A DNA stretch of 64,000 nucleotides from Eledone cirrhosa (Eukaryota), in the NCBI GenBank assembly GCA_964016885.1, contig CAXHJY010000552.1, positions 27,033-91,032 on the forward strand, given 5' to 3'. Positions within the stretch are counted from its first letter, which is position 1; the number at the start of each line of letters is the position of its first letter. This document shows positions 27,601 to 38,939 of this stretch, in pieces. The position numbers and the translations under genes were made by a program. The notes beneath the pieces are model-generated. The model had not been told where the DNA came from, ran no database searches, and saw only the letters and a program-made list of their open reading frames with translations.

Positions 27601-28889
27601 TAAATGAATTTTCTAAAGGTAGAGTAATTTGTCCCAGAAAATAAAAAGAAGGGCTTATAGTTTTTGCACTCAAGGCTTTGTTATATAAATAGAATTATAA
27701 ACTAAGGGAACACATCAGGCTGATTGAGAAAAATTAAATGTATTCAATATTTATCTTTATCCCTTTTGATACCAAACTGCCTTGAGTTGACCTGAATTCT
27801 ATGATACAAAACTTTATTTTAATGTGTTTATATTTATCTAAAAACCTCCCATACTTTTATACAAGAACCTTTTAAGTTATACTCCAAACACCAACTTAAT
27901 AATGTTACTTAGTTACATTACTAAATCCTTCCAATTTCTTAATTTTTTTTTCACAAAGTTTCTTTCATTAGAGATATGACAATGAAAAGATTAAACAATT
28001 TATAGCAAAAATTTCTTTCATTAATGTAAAAGACATAAAGCTGAACTTTTGTTGAGATAAATAAAAATACTAAAATCTGAGAAAACTTGTGACGGTTTCT
28101 GTGTTGGCATAAAACAGTCATGTTGAGCCTGATGAAATCTTAAAAATTCATGTTTGTCTGTTTTCCATCGGCAACCATCACTGAAATATCCTCCTTTTGG
28201 TTTCTATATTTATTTCCTGTTTTAACCTGAACTTATACAGACGTTCTTGTTTGTCTAAATATTGGATAAGGGAGAATTTAAAAAAAAAAAAACTAATAAT
28301 ACACTTATTTGCATTGGTTGGTTGCTTGGCTTAATGTGCATACCATACTTCCAGTCCTCTCCCCTCGTATTGACACTGATTCAATACAACTCTGACTGTT
28401 GGAATTCCTCTATTTGTTTATTAATCACTTTTCTGCCTTGTCTTTCTATTATAACATACATAACTAACCATTTACAGTAAAAAACAAAACAATGAAATGA
28501 AGGATGGGGAAGAATGCTTGGGTGTTTTGCCTAAGTGATGAACCTGTTATCTCCTAAATGTCAAACTTTTAGTATATTCTGCCTGTTATTTCAACCTGGT
28601 TAACAAAAAGAATGTTTATTACAGTTGGCAAAAGGTGGTATCTTAAGTATAAGTGTATTCTGCTGTAGAGCTCGGTGAGAGGAGAGGGTTGCTTAGTGCT
28701 CTTGTGAGTGGGATTTGATAGACATATATAGATATGTATGAACCCATAATTCCTGTTGGAGTCATAGCAGCATTGTAATGTCATATAGCATTTCTTGGGC
28801 ATTTTTAAAACCTGATGGAACCCATTTCTTCTAAAGAAGGAGGGAGAGAGAGAGAATGATAGAAATAAATAAGAGAAATGTAGAAGAAA

Positions 28890-29020
28890 TAACTCCAGTA
28901 TTGGACTGGTTAGTTATCAACCTCAAAAGAATGAAAATTTACCTTGACGGGATTTGAACTCAGAACAAATTCCACAAAGCATTTTACCCAACACTCTAAC
29001 AATTCAGCCAATCTACCACC
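28890..29020 (-). mobile_element. SINE (family of 39651/42387)
   Basis: Reverse complement gives gggtggtagattggctgaattgttagag...ctgagttcaaatcccgtcaaggt...ttcattcttttgaggttgataa, matching the other copies. Confidence 0.7.
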
Positions 29021-30703
29021 CACATATATATATACAGATAGATAGAGAGATATTGATTGATTGGTTTGTTTCTGTTTACAAAACAAGAAAAAGTACTCAA
29101 TACATAAAGTAGGGTTTGTATATTTCATTAGAATCTGGTGCTTCTTGAGTCATTACTATGTTTACTTGCCCTATTATTCCAATGACCCATTTGGATAATT
29201 GGCCACATGAAATTCTGAGCAATGATTCAAGAAACTTCTAGTGTGTGTGTGTGTGTGTGTGTAAGTTGGTGCATGTGCCCCCTTTGTCAAAAACATAACT
29301 TAGTGATTCGATAAATAGGAATCAATGAAATATGTTCCAGACTTAAATAAATACTAAGGTCAATATCATCAACCATTGATGGTCATACTTCAGTTACTGA
29401 AACCAGTAAAAAAAATATCTTCTATTGAGAACTGTTTCTTTATATCTGTCATATCTCTTGCAGTTTTACATGGTTTTCACTTAATCAATATACTGTGATG
29501 TAAATGTCATTCTAAAAGTAGTAAAGGAAATCAGACAACTATAATTTCAATTGCAATCCAGTTCAATTATTTTTTTTCCCATGCTTACAATTTTTCTCTG
29601 AGAACAAACCATTATATGTATTTGTGTGTGTTTGACCTGGTAATTGAATTATTCTCAATACAAGCGCATAAAACACCTCGTGAACATATTTATTCACTGC
29701 ATTTTCTTATGTTGACTCATTTATAAAAATTCTATTTCTTTTCTCATGGCTATTATTACCATTTTCTATAGTTTGTAATGTTTATAAGTAAACGTAATTC
29801 TACCACATGAACACAACTATGACTGTATGGTTGAAAAGTTTGCTTCACAATCATGAGGTTCTAGGTTTTATCCCACTGTGTGGCATCTTGGCAAGTGACT
29901 TGGGTCACTGCAAGCCTTGTCAGTGAAATAGAATAGACAGAAACTATAGAATCCCATTGGATGTACTATACCTATAATTCAAAGGTCTAGCTTTGTTACA
30001 TTGTGTAACGTTGATTCTGTTTGAGGATTACGTTGATGGTATATATGGTGTATGTTGGACATTCAGTTGAATGAACAACTGAATGCTTATCAATTAAATT
30101 TCAGAAAGGAATCTATATTAAACAAAATATCATTTTTTTTACCACCTCTTAACTTTGAAATAAAAGCTATTGACCAAGTAATAACTTAATAAATGATGAC
30201 ATAATTTTTATATAAGTGTGTGTGCGCACGCGCACGCACACGCACAGACAGACAGACAAATTTCTGTTTATTTGCCACTAGGGCACAAAAGAAAGGGACA
30301 TGTACATGGGTGGGGGGAGTTTACATAAAAATCAAGTAAGAAAAATATAACAAACAAAATAATAACAAGAAGGTCCTCAATAGGGAGGGATCGTTTTGGG
30401 GTCACACACACCCCCGAAAAAAAGTGTGCGACCCTTCTCCACGGGAGCACAAAGAGAGGGTGCTCCCTTCTTTCTGTTCCACCTACAGGCTGAGGTAGAG
30501 AGAAGGCCCATTCACACGGGCCATTCTCGCAACTTTCACCCACCTTTCATAAAACTGGCTGGAGTGGAGCACCTCTCTCTCCATCCTGATCCTTCTTCCG
30601 AAATGGTATCGGAAGAAAAGGACCAGTTGTTGGCCGGAGAGAAAGGTGTCCGACCTCAGCCCTTTTAGACGCGTCCACCATATAGCCTCTTTTACCATGG
30701 CTA

Positions 30704-33700
30704 TTACACAGAGGAAGACCGCCTCTCCTTCATTTTTGAAGGGGGAGGCGGCTTGATCGTTACAATGGACTCGGTGGTCAACCTAATTGGTCCCACCCGT
30801 GACAGTAGTTGTTCGACATAGCCCCACAGATCAGCAACGCCCAGGCAGTGCACCAATGCGTGCGCGACGGTTTCCTCGTCGCGCATGCATCTCGGACAGA
30901 TCTTTTTCGAGGGGTCCCTACCCGGGCGCCCGTGTCTGTAGAGCTTATCCCGAACGGGCAGAGCCCCTCGGTAGCACTGCCAGGCCAAGGACTTCTGGAA
31001 GTTGTCCATAGGTCCCGGGCCGAAAGTCCTACCGAATAGACTGGCCAGTTCGTCCTCCTCCATGCCTAGGGCTTCTCCGAGGGCGTCGTCGCACCCGCTA
31101 ACCACCAGCCCTCTATAGAATGACGAGGTGGAGTCTCCGTCGATAGCCGGGTCCGCCTGCCAGAGAGCCGTGAGCACCTGGGCACACTCGGTGTGCCAGT
31201 CGCCCAGTTTTCTCGGTCTTTGCTTCACCCAGGACTGCAGCTCGGTGAGCGAGACGAGCCTCGGGAAGGCTCGCCTCACAAACGGGGCCCACACCGGTTG
31301 ACCGGTGAGGAATACGTGGAGGTGCCTTAGCCTCAATGCGTGTTTACGCATTTTTAGCCACGGCATCCCCAGCCCTCCTTTCAAAGGGTGTTGACAGCAG
31401 ATGGATCTCCTCACCAGAGGAGACCTCTTCTTCCAAAGGAAATAAAAGAGGGCGCGCTCCATTTTGGCGAGGATCTCACCCAGGCAAGGCACGACAGTCA
31501 AGCGGTAATAGATGACGGACGCTATGTAAGCGTTCGCCACCTCCGCCCGACCTTTCAGGGATAGTTTGCACTCGGCCCACTTCTGGGTCAGTGCAAACAC
31601 CCTATTCGTCACCTCACCCCAGTTTTTCTCCACCTGGAGGTCCGGTCCGAACCAGACCCCAAGCAACTTCACCGGGCCCTCCGTCCACCGTCCGACGATG
31701 CCGTCGCACGACATCGCTTTGCCTCTCCACTCGCCGAGTTGCAAAGCGACTGACTTGTCCCGGTTCAGCTTAGCCCCTGTCAACCTTTCGTACTCCTCCA
31801 GTAAGGTGCCGATTGCCTCGATTTCCGAGGCGGTCGACACCATTACTGTTACGTCATTGGCGTAGGCCGACACCGCTTTGCGCAATCCCGGTTCCAAAGG
31901 GATGCCCTGCAACAACTCCAACTTCCGCAGTAGTGGCTCGAGAGTCAATACATACAGAAGGGAGGAGAGAGGGCACCCCTGTCGGATGGAGCGGGTGATT
32001 TCGAACGGCTCCGAAAGGTAGCCGTTCACCTTGACTCTAGAGCAGATGCGGCTGCTGTGCATGGCAGTGATCCAGCCCCTGAAAACGGGTCCGAACCCAG
32101 CCGCCGCTAGCACCACATCCAGGTAACCATGGTCCACCCTATCGAACGCTTTAGACTGATCTAAATTTATCAGGGCCCCACCAAAGCCGGGTTCATTCCC
32201 AACCCTCTCTATGATGTATCGCATGAGGTGGAGGTTGTCGTGGATGGACCTGGATGGGATAGCGCATGTCTGCGCATCTCCCACCAGGCCCCCCACGACA
32301 AGCGCCAACCTCTTCGCCAAAATCTTTAACTCTGCATTTAGCAGAGTTATGGACCTAAAATTACTAATGTCATCCCCCTTGTTCTCGTCCTTCCTCACTA
32401 GCGAGACTACGCCCTTGGTCAGAGAACAGGGAATTCTCCTGTTCTGTTGCCAGTTGCAGTAGACCGCCTCGAGGAGATCGGGGAACAAGTCCGGCATATT
32501 AATATATAGTTCGTAGGGCAGACCATCGAGTCCTGGAGATTTGCGTTTGCCGCATAGGCTCAGCACGTCCCCTATTTCAGCAGCTGAGATCGGCCCGTCG
32601 CAGGACCTCGCCTCCCTGTCCGAAAGACGCGGCAGGCTGTCGAGGTATGGACCGAAATCCACATCTCCAACCGGCTCCCCGCCCCTCCCGAACAATTGGG
32701 CAAAGTGCCTTTGAAAGGCCTCGCACATTTGCTTAGGTTCAAGGATCACCCGTCCATCCTGGTCTCGCAAAGACCGGATAGTGGATTTAATCCCACTTTT
32801 CGCTTCTGTCACGCGGGCCCAGCTAACAGCTTTGGTCCCCTCGTTTCCCAGAGCACGTATTTTGCTTCGGACAACGCAGCCTTCGTGTTTCGCGTCGAAG
32901 AACTGGTTCAAGACCGTTCTCGATGCTTGCACTCTGGCCACGTTGCCGCTTCTCATTGCCTCTTCAACATTAACTACCAACTCCCTTTCCTTCCTATTTC
33001 TATCTGAGGCTAACTCCTTACTAACTCCTATTGAAACTACTCTAATCTCTCTTTTTAGAGAGCCCCACCACCTGTTGTTGACGATGGCGCCCGTCAACTG
33101 CTCCTTAACTAAGGTTCTAATCCGGTCCCTGTAAGCTCTACTTGCCGGTAAGGACAAGTTGAGCTTCCAGTAACCGGGCCCCTGCCTATGCGTTCTATCA
33201 AGGTGGACTACGCAGGTCACTAATTTGTGGTCTGAATAGCCCACCATGAGCATTTCTGGACAACTTAAAAAGTCCCTATCCTTAATTCTAACTAAGAACC
33301 TATCTAGGTACGATCTAGATTGACCACTGTTATTTGACCAGGTCCAGGTTGGTACAGTCGGAAAATCTAGTCGGTATCTATCGGCCAGGTCGAATCGGCC
33401 GATTAACCCCTTAAGGCTGTTACACCCCCTTCTATCGGGACATGCCCCTACATAGTCCCAACGTGCATCTAGGATACCATTCCAGTCCCCCACTAAAAGC
33501 AAGGAGCGGGACGTCCCTAGAAAAGTCTCCAGACGATGGAAGAAGTCCGACCGCATTGCCCCAAAAGGGGCGTATACGGCGACAAGCCTAAAAGCTTCGC
33601 CTTCACCATTGCCAAGGTCCAAAACCACGAGTCGACCCTCCGGGTCCAAGTGTACCGTCTGTGTAGCGAGACCCAGATGTTTTTGCAGCAGAACGACAAC

Positions 33701-33907
33701 CCCACCCCCACCTCCAGGCTGACAGAGAGATGCGTGCATCTCAAAGTCATCAAAGGTGGGGGTTAGCTGTCGCATGCTGCTTATCCGGGCCTCGCAAATA
33801 ACCATCACATTTACACATTGTGACCTGAGGTCACTTAGAAGTTTAGCTTGCTTCCAAAGTGAGCCCAGGCCACGCGCATTTAGACAACCTACTCTTAAGA
33901 CAGCCAT
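30704..33907 (-). CDS. LINE ORF2 (APE endonuclease + reverse transcriptase + C-terminal Cys/His motif), probably inactive
   Basis: APE motifs LNARGL, VYAP, GDWN, YLDR, SDH; RT motifs KSPGLDGLP, LDQSKAFDRVDH, IRQGCPLS, YAND (for YADD); CPRC..ETVAHALVHC; frameshifted tail continues in 30483..30698. Confidence 0.93.
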   Translation of the reverse strand: MAVLRVGCLNARGLGSLWKQAKLLSDLRSQCVNVMVICEARISSMRQLTPTFDDFEMHASLCQPGGGGGVVVLLQKHLGLATQTVHLDPEGRLVVLDLGNGEGEAFRLVAVYAPFGAMRSDFFHRLETFLGTSRSLLLVGDWNGILDARWDYVGACPDRRGCNSLKGLIGRFDLADRYRLDFPTVPTWTWSNNSGQSRSYLDRFLVRIKDRDFLSCPEMLMVGYSDHKLVTCVVHLDRTHRQGPGYWKLNLSLPASRAYRDRIRTLVKEQLTGAIVNNRWWGSLKREIRVVSIGVSKELASDRNRKERELVVNVEEAMRSGNVARVQASRTVLNQFFDAKHEGCVVRSKIRALGNEGTKAVSWARVTEAKSGIKSTIRSLRDQDGRVILEPKQMCEAFQRHFAQLFGRGGEPVGDVDFGPYLDSLPRLSDREARSCDGPISAAEIGDVLSLCGKRKSPGLDGLPYELYINMPDLFPDLLEAVYCNWQQNRRIPCSLTKGVVSLVRKDENKGDDISNFRSITLLNAELKILAKRLALVVGGLVGDAQTCAIPSRSIHDNLHLMRYIIERVGNEPGFGGALINLDQSKAFDRVDHGYLDVVLAAAGFGPVFRGWITAMHSSRICSRVKVNGYLSEPFEITRSIRQGCPLSSLLYVLTLEPLLRKLELLQGIPLEPGLRKAVSAYANDVTVMVSTASEIEAIGTLLEEYERLTGAKLNRDKSVALQLGEWRGKAMSCDGIVGRWTEGPVKLLGVWFGPDLQVEKNWGEVTNRVFALTQKWAECKLSLKGRAEVANAYIASVIYYRLTVVPCLGEILAKMERALFYFLWKKRSPLVRRSICCQHPLKGGLGMPWLKMRKHALRLRHLHVFLTGQPVWAPFVRRAFPRLVSLTELQSWVKQRPRKLGDWHTECAQVLTALWQADPAIDGDSTSSFYRGLVVSGCDDALGEALGMEEDELASLFGRTFGPGPMDNFQKSLAWQCYRGALPVRDKLYRHGRPGRDPSKKICPRCMRDEETVAHALVHCLGVADLWGYVEQLLSRVGPIRLTTESIVTIKPPPPSKMKERRSSSV

Positions 33908-33930
33908 GTTGGTGGCAAAGAGAGAGGCAC

Positions 33931-35679
33931 TTACCTCTCTGCGTCCCGGGGTTCGGGTCGCTCAGTTTCCATGGGGCTGGTGGAGGGGTTGATGGGTGGG
34001 GTGGTGGTTTGTGGTGGTGTGGGGGTATTAGTGTGTGGAGGGGTTGGGATCTTTGGAGTTGTGTGGGTGTTTGAGGAGGGGAGGGGAAAACCTTTCAGGA
34101 GGACGCGGTTGAGTGGCCTGGTGCAGGGTGGGCCCGCGTCCTCAGGGTAAATGTCTTTCAAAGTTTTGAAAATCTCAAGTGGGATTTTCGCCATTTTCAG
34201 GTTAGGGAGCCCCATTGCCGTTACGAAATTCGGCCCTTCGGTTTGTATTGAAGGGTTGGTTTTTATTTTTAAAGTTAGGTTTTCATTGTTTTTGTTTATG
34301 TATGTGTAGAGTTTTTGTGTTGTTGTGTTTGTTTTTGCTTGTTGTTGTTGAGTGAGTTTGCGTTTTATTGTCTGTGTTGTGTTGTCAGGTGGGGTTATTT
34401 TTGTTTGTGTGGTGTGTGTACGTTTTTTTCTTTTCACTTTTTGGAAGGGAGCCCCCTCGTCTTCCGACGATATGAGCTCCTCTTCCGTATTGGAGGGGAG
34501 GGGTATATCTCCGGGTTGTGTATGAACTGTTTTTGTATTTGTGTTCTGTGGGGTGGGGCTGGGTGGGACCGTGTTTTGGGTTGTTTTCTTGAGCTGTTGT
34601 TGTTGTGGTGGTGGTGGTGGTGTTGGTTTTTGTTGTCGTTCTGGTGGTGATGGTAGTGTATTTTGTTGTTTTTGTGATGGTGGTGCTGGTTGTTTTTGTT
34701 GTTGTTGTGGTGTTTGTAGCAGTGGTTTTTTTGTTGTTAGTAGAGGGCAGGCCGTCCTCATGTGACCTCTGCCAGCGCAGTGGTAACATGAGGGTCTCCT
34801 GCCTTCCACTGTGATATTTATGAAGGTTCGCCCATCCAGTAGCACTCGGTCGGGTATTCCGGAGATTCTCTCAGGTGTCATCTGTAAGAGAACCTCCAGA
34901 CTTTTCCCCCCGAACAGTCCACTGGTGGACTCCCCTGCTGAAATGAGTATGTCCTTATCTAGGTCGGTAAATCCTGTTAGGACGGACCAGATGTTAATTT
35001 CTGGCGTAGGGCTCCACATTCTTATCCTTTGTGTTCTTCTTCCTTTATATGTAGGGAAGAAGGTGTATTGTGGTGACACTATAGGTGCCACCGAATATTT
35101 CTGAGCCAGCATTTCGTCCTTCATTCGGACCATAATGCTGGCATACAGCTTTCCTCTTTGAATAAAGAGTATGTCGTCTTTAATTTCTTTCAGAACCAGC
35201 TCAATTTGACTTTCGGTCAATTGCGCTGGCTTTCTCGTTTCGTTGGTTATGGTTCTGTAGGTTATGGTATTCTTGTAAATCTGTTGACGCACTTCTTCTG
35301 GGGAGTTGATCGTAAAAGAACCATCCTCCCCAAAAGATACGTATTTTCTAGCCTCTAGCAAATTTTCCTTAGCGTTCGTGATGTCAATGGGTTTGTATTC
35401 CGTGGCTTTCCTGAGTGTTTGGGCAAAAGAAATTTTGTTGTCTGTGTTTGTTGTTGTAATGTTGTTGGTTTCCTTATTTGTGGTGTTATTTTTTTCCTGA
35501 AAATTAATTTTTCCATTTGAATTAAAATTCTTTTTTTTTTCATTGGAGAGGAGGGGCTGTTCAACAGTTTGAACTGTTGTTCCCTCTTTCCCGCTTGTTT
35601 TTTTGGTTGGCGTGGCGTTCGCTTCCAATATGGCGATATCGTTTTCGACGATAACGTTATCAACGATATCGATAAACAT
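33931..35679 (-). CDS. LINE ORF1 (nucleic-acid-binding, CCHC zinc knuckle)
   Basis: 582-aa ORF with CYHCAGRGHMRTAC (CX2CX4HX4C) followed by a Pro/Gln/Thr-rich region, directly upstream of ORF2. Confidence 0.88.
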   Translation of the reverse strand: MFIDIVDNVIVENDIAILEANATPTKKTSGKEGTTVQTVEQPLLSNEKKKNFNSNGKINFQEKNNTTNKETNNITTTNTDNKISFAQTLRKATEYKPIDITNAKENLLEARKYVSFGEDGSFTINSPEEVRQQIYKNTITYRTITNETRKPAQLTESQIELVLKEIKDDILFIQRGKLYASIMVRMKDEMLAQKYSVAPIVSPQYTFFPTYKGRRTQRIRMWSPTPEINIWSVLTGFTDLDKDILISAGESTSGLFGGKSLEVLLQMTPERISGIPDRVLLDGRTFINITVEGRRPSCYHCAGRGHMRTACPLLTTKKPLLQTPQQQQKQPAPPSQKQQNTLPSPPERQQKPTPPPPPQQQQLKKTTQNTVPPSPTPQNTNTKTVHTQPGDIPLPSNTEEELISSEDEGAPFQKVKRKKRTHTTQTKITPPDNTTQTIKRKLTQQQQAKTNTTTQKLYTYINKNNENLTLKIKTNPSIQTEGPNFVTAMGLPNLKMAKIPLEIFKTLKDIYPEDAGPPCTRPLNRVLLKGFPLPSSNTHTTPKIPTPPHTNTPTPPQTTTPPINPSTSPMETERPEPRDAER

Positions 35680-35884
35680 TTCTGAAATATTTATTTTTTC
35701 ACCCCAAAAGGGATGAAAATATATTTACCCTACGTCTAGAGTCCCAGACTAGGGGTTAGAGTTAATGATACAAAAGAATTCAAAAAAATTCACTCACAAA
35801 TATAGCAGGTAAAATTCCAAATCACAGAGCGATATGAAACACGTCTACTATCCTCAGACAGACAGACAGACAGTAGGCTGACCA

Positions 35885-36148
35885 TGCCTTGCTCATACAG
35901 GAACTGATTTTGGCTTGATTTCTACACCTGGATGCCCTTCCTAACACCAACCTCATTTACAGTGACTGCTTTTTTGCCGTGGCACCTCCACGACCACTTT
36001 GCAGTGGAATGATAGGGACTGGGGTCCCTATCATCTCATTTCTACAGTGTCTTGCTCAAGGAAACAACACATCACCCGGTCTGAGAATTGAACTCACAAC
36101 CTTTCGATTGCAAGGCCAATGCTCTAACTACTAAGCCATGTGCCTCCA
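35885..36148 (-). mobile_element. tRNA-headed SINE with RTE-type 3' segment
   Basis: Near-identical to 49170-49518 (+) and 54522-54864 (-): ggcacatggcttagt.gttagagcattggccttgcaatcgaaaggttgtgagttcaattctcagac ... ggtgttaggaagggcatccag. Confidence 0.85.
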
Positions 36149-36256
36149 TTATGTGTGTGTGTGTGTGTGTGTGTGAAAGGTAAACAGAAATAACACAATC
36201 GGTACAGTATATAGAAAGGATATATTAGGTTAACGCTTGATATGGTAGGAAGAGGG

Positions 36257-36292
36257 TCTTAACCTTTTGGACGCTAGTCCTTCATCAGAAGA
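36257..36292 (-). ncRNA. Decayed minimal hammerhead ribozyme motif
   Basis: tctt CTGATGA a GGAC tagc GTCC aAAA gg tt aaga: stems I and II intact, GAAA core mutated to AAAA. Confidence 0.55.
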
Positions 36293-37330
36293 AAGAATGA
36301 AAAATAAGATAGTTTGACGGACGGGCGGGATGGAATTGGAAAAAATGTCTTTAGATAAAAATAACAGGTCCATTCATGTTGACATCTCTTGCAAAACTGT
36401 TGATGCTGGTGTTTTGTGTATGATTTATTTTTTAGAAAAGTGGATGATGGAACGCGTCTACCTGAAATGGAAAAAAAAAACGTTTTGTAAAAAGAGCTAT
36501 ACTTGAGTACATGTGTAAGCATGTCTGTGTTGTTATACATCCATACGAAGCTAAGAAGAAATGTGTGTGTGTGTGTGCATGTAAGTACGAAGCTATGAGC
36601 AAAAGTATGTTAATATAAGGGTGTGTATGTGTGTATACAGAGCAGTGAAGGGAATAGTGGAGTGAGCATATAGTCGGCATGTACTAATTGTAAGAGATGT
36701 TAATGATCAAGAGAAAGTGATAGGAATCTAGGGGTGTGATAATGGACGGGGTATTAGAGAAATTGGGGAGGTGAGTTGAGTTCAAGAGGGGAATAGGACC
36801 CAAGGCAGTGAATCGGACTTTGTTCAGTACTGGTGTGCGAGGCCTGTGATCCATGATGTAAAAGGACACCCAGGACTGAAACATGTAGGGAAGAATGACC
36901 AGGAGAACAGAAATGATGGGCAACAGGAGTATCCAAACCGTGTCATATGTCCCTCAAATGTTCAGCAAAACAGTCCGATATATAAAGACCTGCAAAGGGA
37001 ACACCGGAGGGCATAGACGTGGGTGGATGTGCAGGTGAAGGAATGGCGGATGCGGAAAGACCCGTTAGGGCCTGTAAGAGTGGTGAGGGTGGAAATAAAG
37101 GGACAAGTGTTGCAGCAGGAATGGGAACGAGGATGAGAGCTGGGTGAAGTCGTGGGAGAGGATGAAAAGGAACTGCAAACCAGGAGGTTGCGGATGCGTT
37201 TAAAAGCAGTAATGGGTGGGTTTGGAAAAAAGCGAGAAAAGACGAGGTCAGAAGAGTGGATACAGAAGGAACAGAGGATAATATATTATATATAAAGTTT
37301 GAATCAAAAGGTCTGAGAGTAAACTTAGCC
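36257..37330 (-). mobile_element. Degraded Penelope-like element (GIY-YIG endonuclease C-terminus and terminal repeat)
   Basis: Minus strand translates CCNTCPFI...SFTCTSTHVYALRCSLCRSLYIG, then (frameshifted) FAEHLRDI and PVAHHFCSPGHS...TEQSPIHCLGSYSPLELN, typical of PLE GIY-YIG domains; hammerhead remnant downstream at 36257-36292. Confidence 0.8.
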
Positions 37331-37379
37331 AAAACTAGTGTTTGTAATTAGAAAAATAGGACCTTGATTCCTTCATAAG

Positions 37380-37515
37380 GTTCAGTTTCTTGAGGTCATT
37401 CTTCATAGCTTCATCTCGTGTCTTCCTAAGTTTCCCTCTTCCACAGGTTCACTTCATGCGCTTGGCACTTTTTTATACAACTCCAACTTACACATCACAT
37501 GACCAAACCAGTACA
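37380..37515 (-). mobile_element. RTE LINE 3' fragment
   Basis: YWFGHVM...GRGKLRKTRDEAMKNDL, homologous to the C-terminus of the ORF at 47199-47831. Confidence 0.65.
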
Positions 37516-38519
37516 TAGATATATATACTCTAAGAGAGATAAATAGTGGTAGAATGCTCACCTGCCATGCAGGTTGCCTGGGTTTAATTCCTGACCAATG
37601 AAACTTCTTTCTCTCCAACCCATTCAAGCAAGGAAAAATCAACATAAAATGATTTATATATGCTTTGTTGTTCAAATACGCTAACATTACACATCCAGCA
37701 TAGCTTGCATGCTTCATTTCATTTTAGTCATTGATCTTCTGCAGTTCAAACATAAGTATCATATATTCTATCCTTTATTCTGAGAGAAGCCTTTCATTGC
37801 CAGCAGAAGTAACAACTCCCTGATCTTCTTCCTGCTTTATCTCTCTCTTATCTCTCACTCTTCCCTCATCACACAGTCCCTGCTGTTTTCTATCCATTAT
37901 TTTTCCCAGTGATCATTATTTATTATTCTCTTACCCCTATCACTCTAGTTCTTTTCCATTACTCTATCCTCTAGAACCTCTTGCCTTGCTTCTCTCATTC
38001 TATCTACAAAGGACAACACAACCCTCTGCTTCTGGTGAACAAACAATTGGAGACAATGTAAGGTAGAAAGGACCTGCTAGTCTTGCCATAGGCAAGACAA
38101 TCTCTGTCATTGTCATGATACATTGAGCCTAGTATACTCTAGAAGGGTTGGCAAATGAACAGAGATAAAGTGAAGTAGAGAGAATTCTTTAGTTTTTTCA
38201 AGGACATGACAATTTCTGTAATATTGGTGCCATATGTAAATATACTTAGTACATTGTAAAATTGTTAATAATTGGAATATCACAATAAGGGTCAACCTTG
38301 TTGTGCAGAATCTTCCTGGGAATCATATTAAAGGTTTCTGGGGAATGGTCATGGAGCTCTTAAATCCTGGTGGAGTTGGAGGGCACTATTGTAACATAAA
38401 AAATGTAAGAAATGGAATAGATGATGAAGAGAGATGGAAGAAAAGAAATAGAAATGTGACAGAGCCCATCCCACTCCAGGTCTGAATGCAGTTGATTTCT
38501 TCTGGAAAATGAAAAAGAA

Positions 38520-38685
38520 ATATAAAGGAAGAATCGACCTCAGTATTGAGCTGGTACTTTGTTTATGGACATTGAAAGAGTGAAATGTAAAGTTGACCTC
38601 TGTTGGATTTGAACTCGGATTGCAGAGAGCCAAAATGAACACAAACATTCTACCGATGTTCTAATGACTCTGCCACTTTACCTTA
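38520..38685 (-). mobile_element. SINE (family of 39651/42387)
   Basis: Reverse complement contains gagttcaaatccaacagaggtcaactttacatttcactctttcaatgtccataaacaaagtaccag. Confidence 0.65.
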
Positions 38686-38939
38686 TGTCTGTGGTGTACT
38701 AAATCACTTTCTCTGAATATGAAGTGTTTTATTTTATTTTTACTATACAACTTCATGTATCATACTTTTTGTTTATCCATTTTGTTCTTGGTTATCTTTT
38801 TCTGCTATTTTGATTCGGATGAAATATGTAATAGAAGTTTCATTACTCAGAGTATAAAATAAACGTTCCACATCTTAACATTTTGATCTTTGTCAGTTTT
38901 CTTTTCCTTCTTAAATATCTTCACTTTTTCTTTTACTCT

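Larger units (their letters stand above)
25995..28830 (-). pseudogene. Possible decayed exons upstream of the Thr-repeat exon (Cys/Trp motifs reminiscent of C-type-lectin-like modules)
   Basis: Exon-like segments with canonical sites (25995-26061; 26754-26809; donor GTAAG near 26885; strong pyrimidine-tract acceptor before 28830); translations such as GCRWKTDKHEFLRFHQAQHDC, ELY*ISVNTRGEDWKYG, VVDCYHVICK; many stops and frameshifts. By-eye only. Confidence 0.25.
30259..35854 (-). mobile_element. Near full-length Tx1/L1-clade non-LTR retrotransposon
   Basis: Two-ORF structure, GC-rich relative to flanks, bounded by direct repeats CAGACAGACAGACA (30245-30258 and 35855-35868); AATAAA near the 3' end. 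Confidence 0.93.

Noticed and set aside
30787-35500. Short plus-strand ORFs within the LINE
   Set aside because: Antisense shadows of ORF1/ORF2 with no recognisable motifs.
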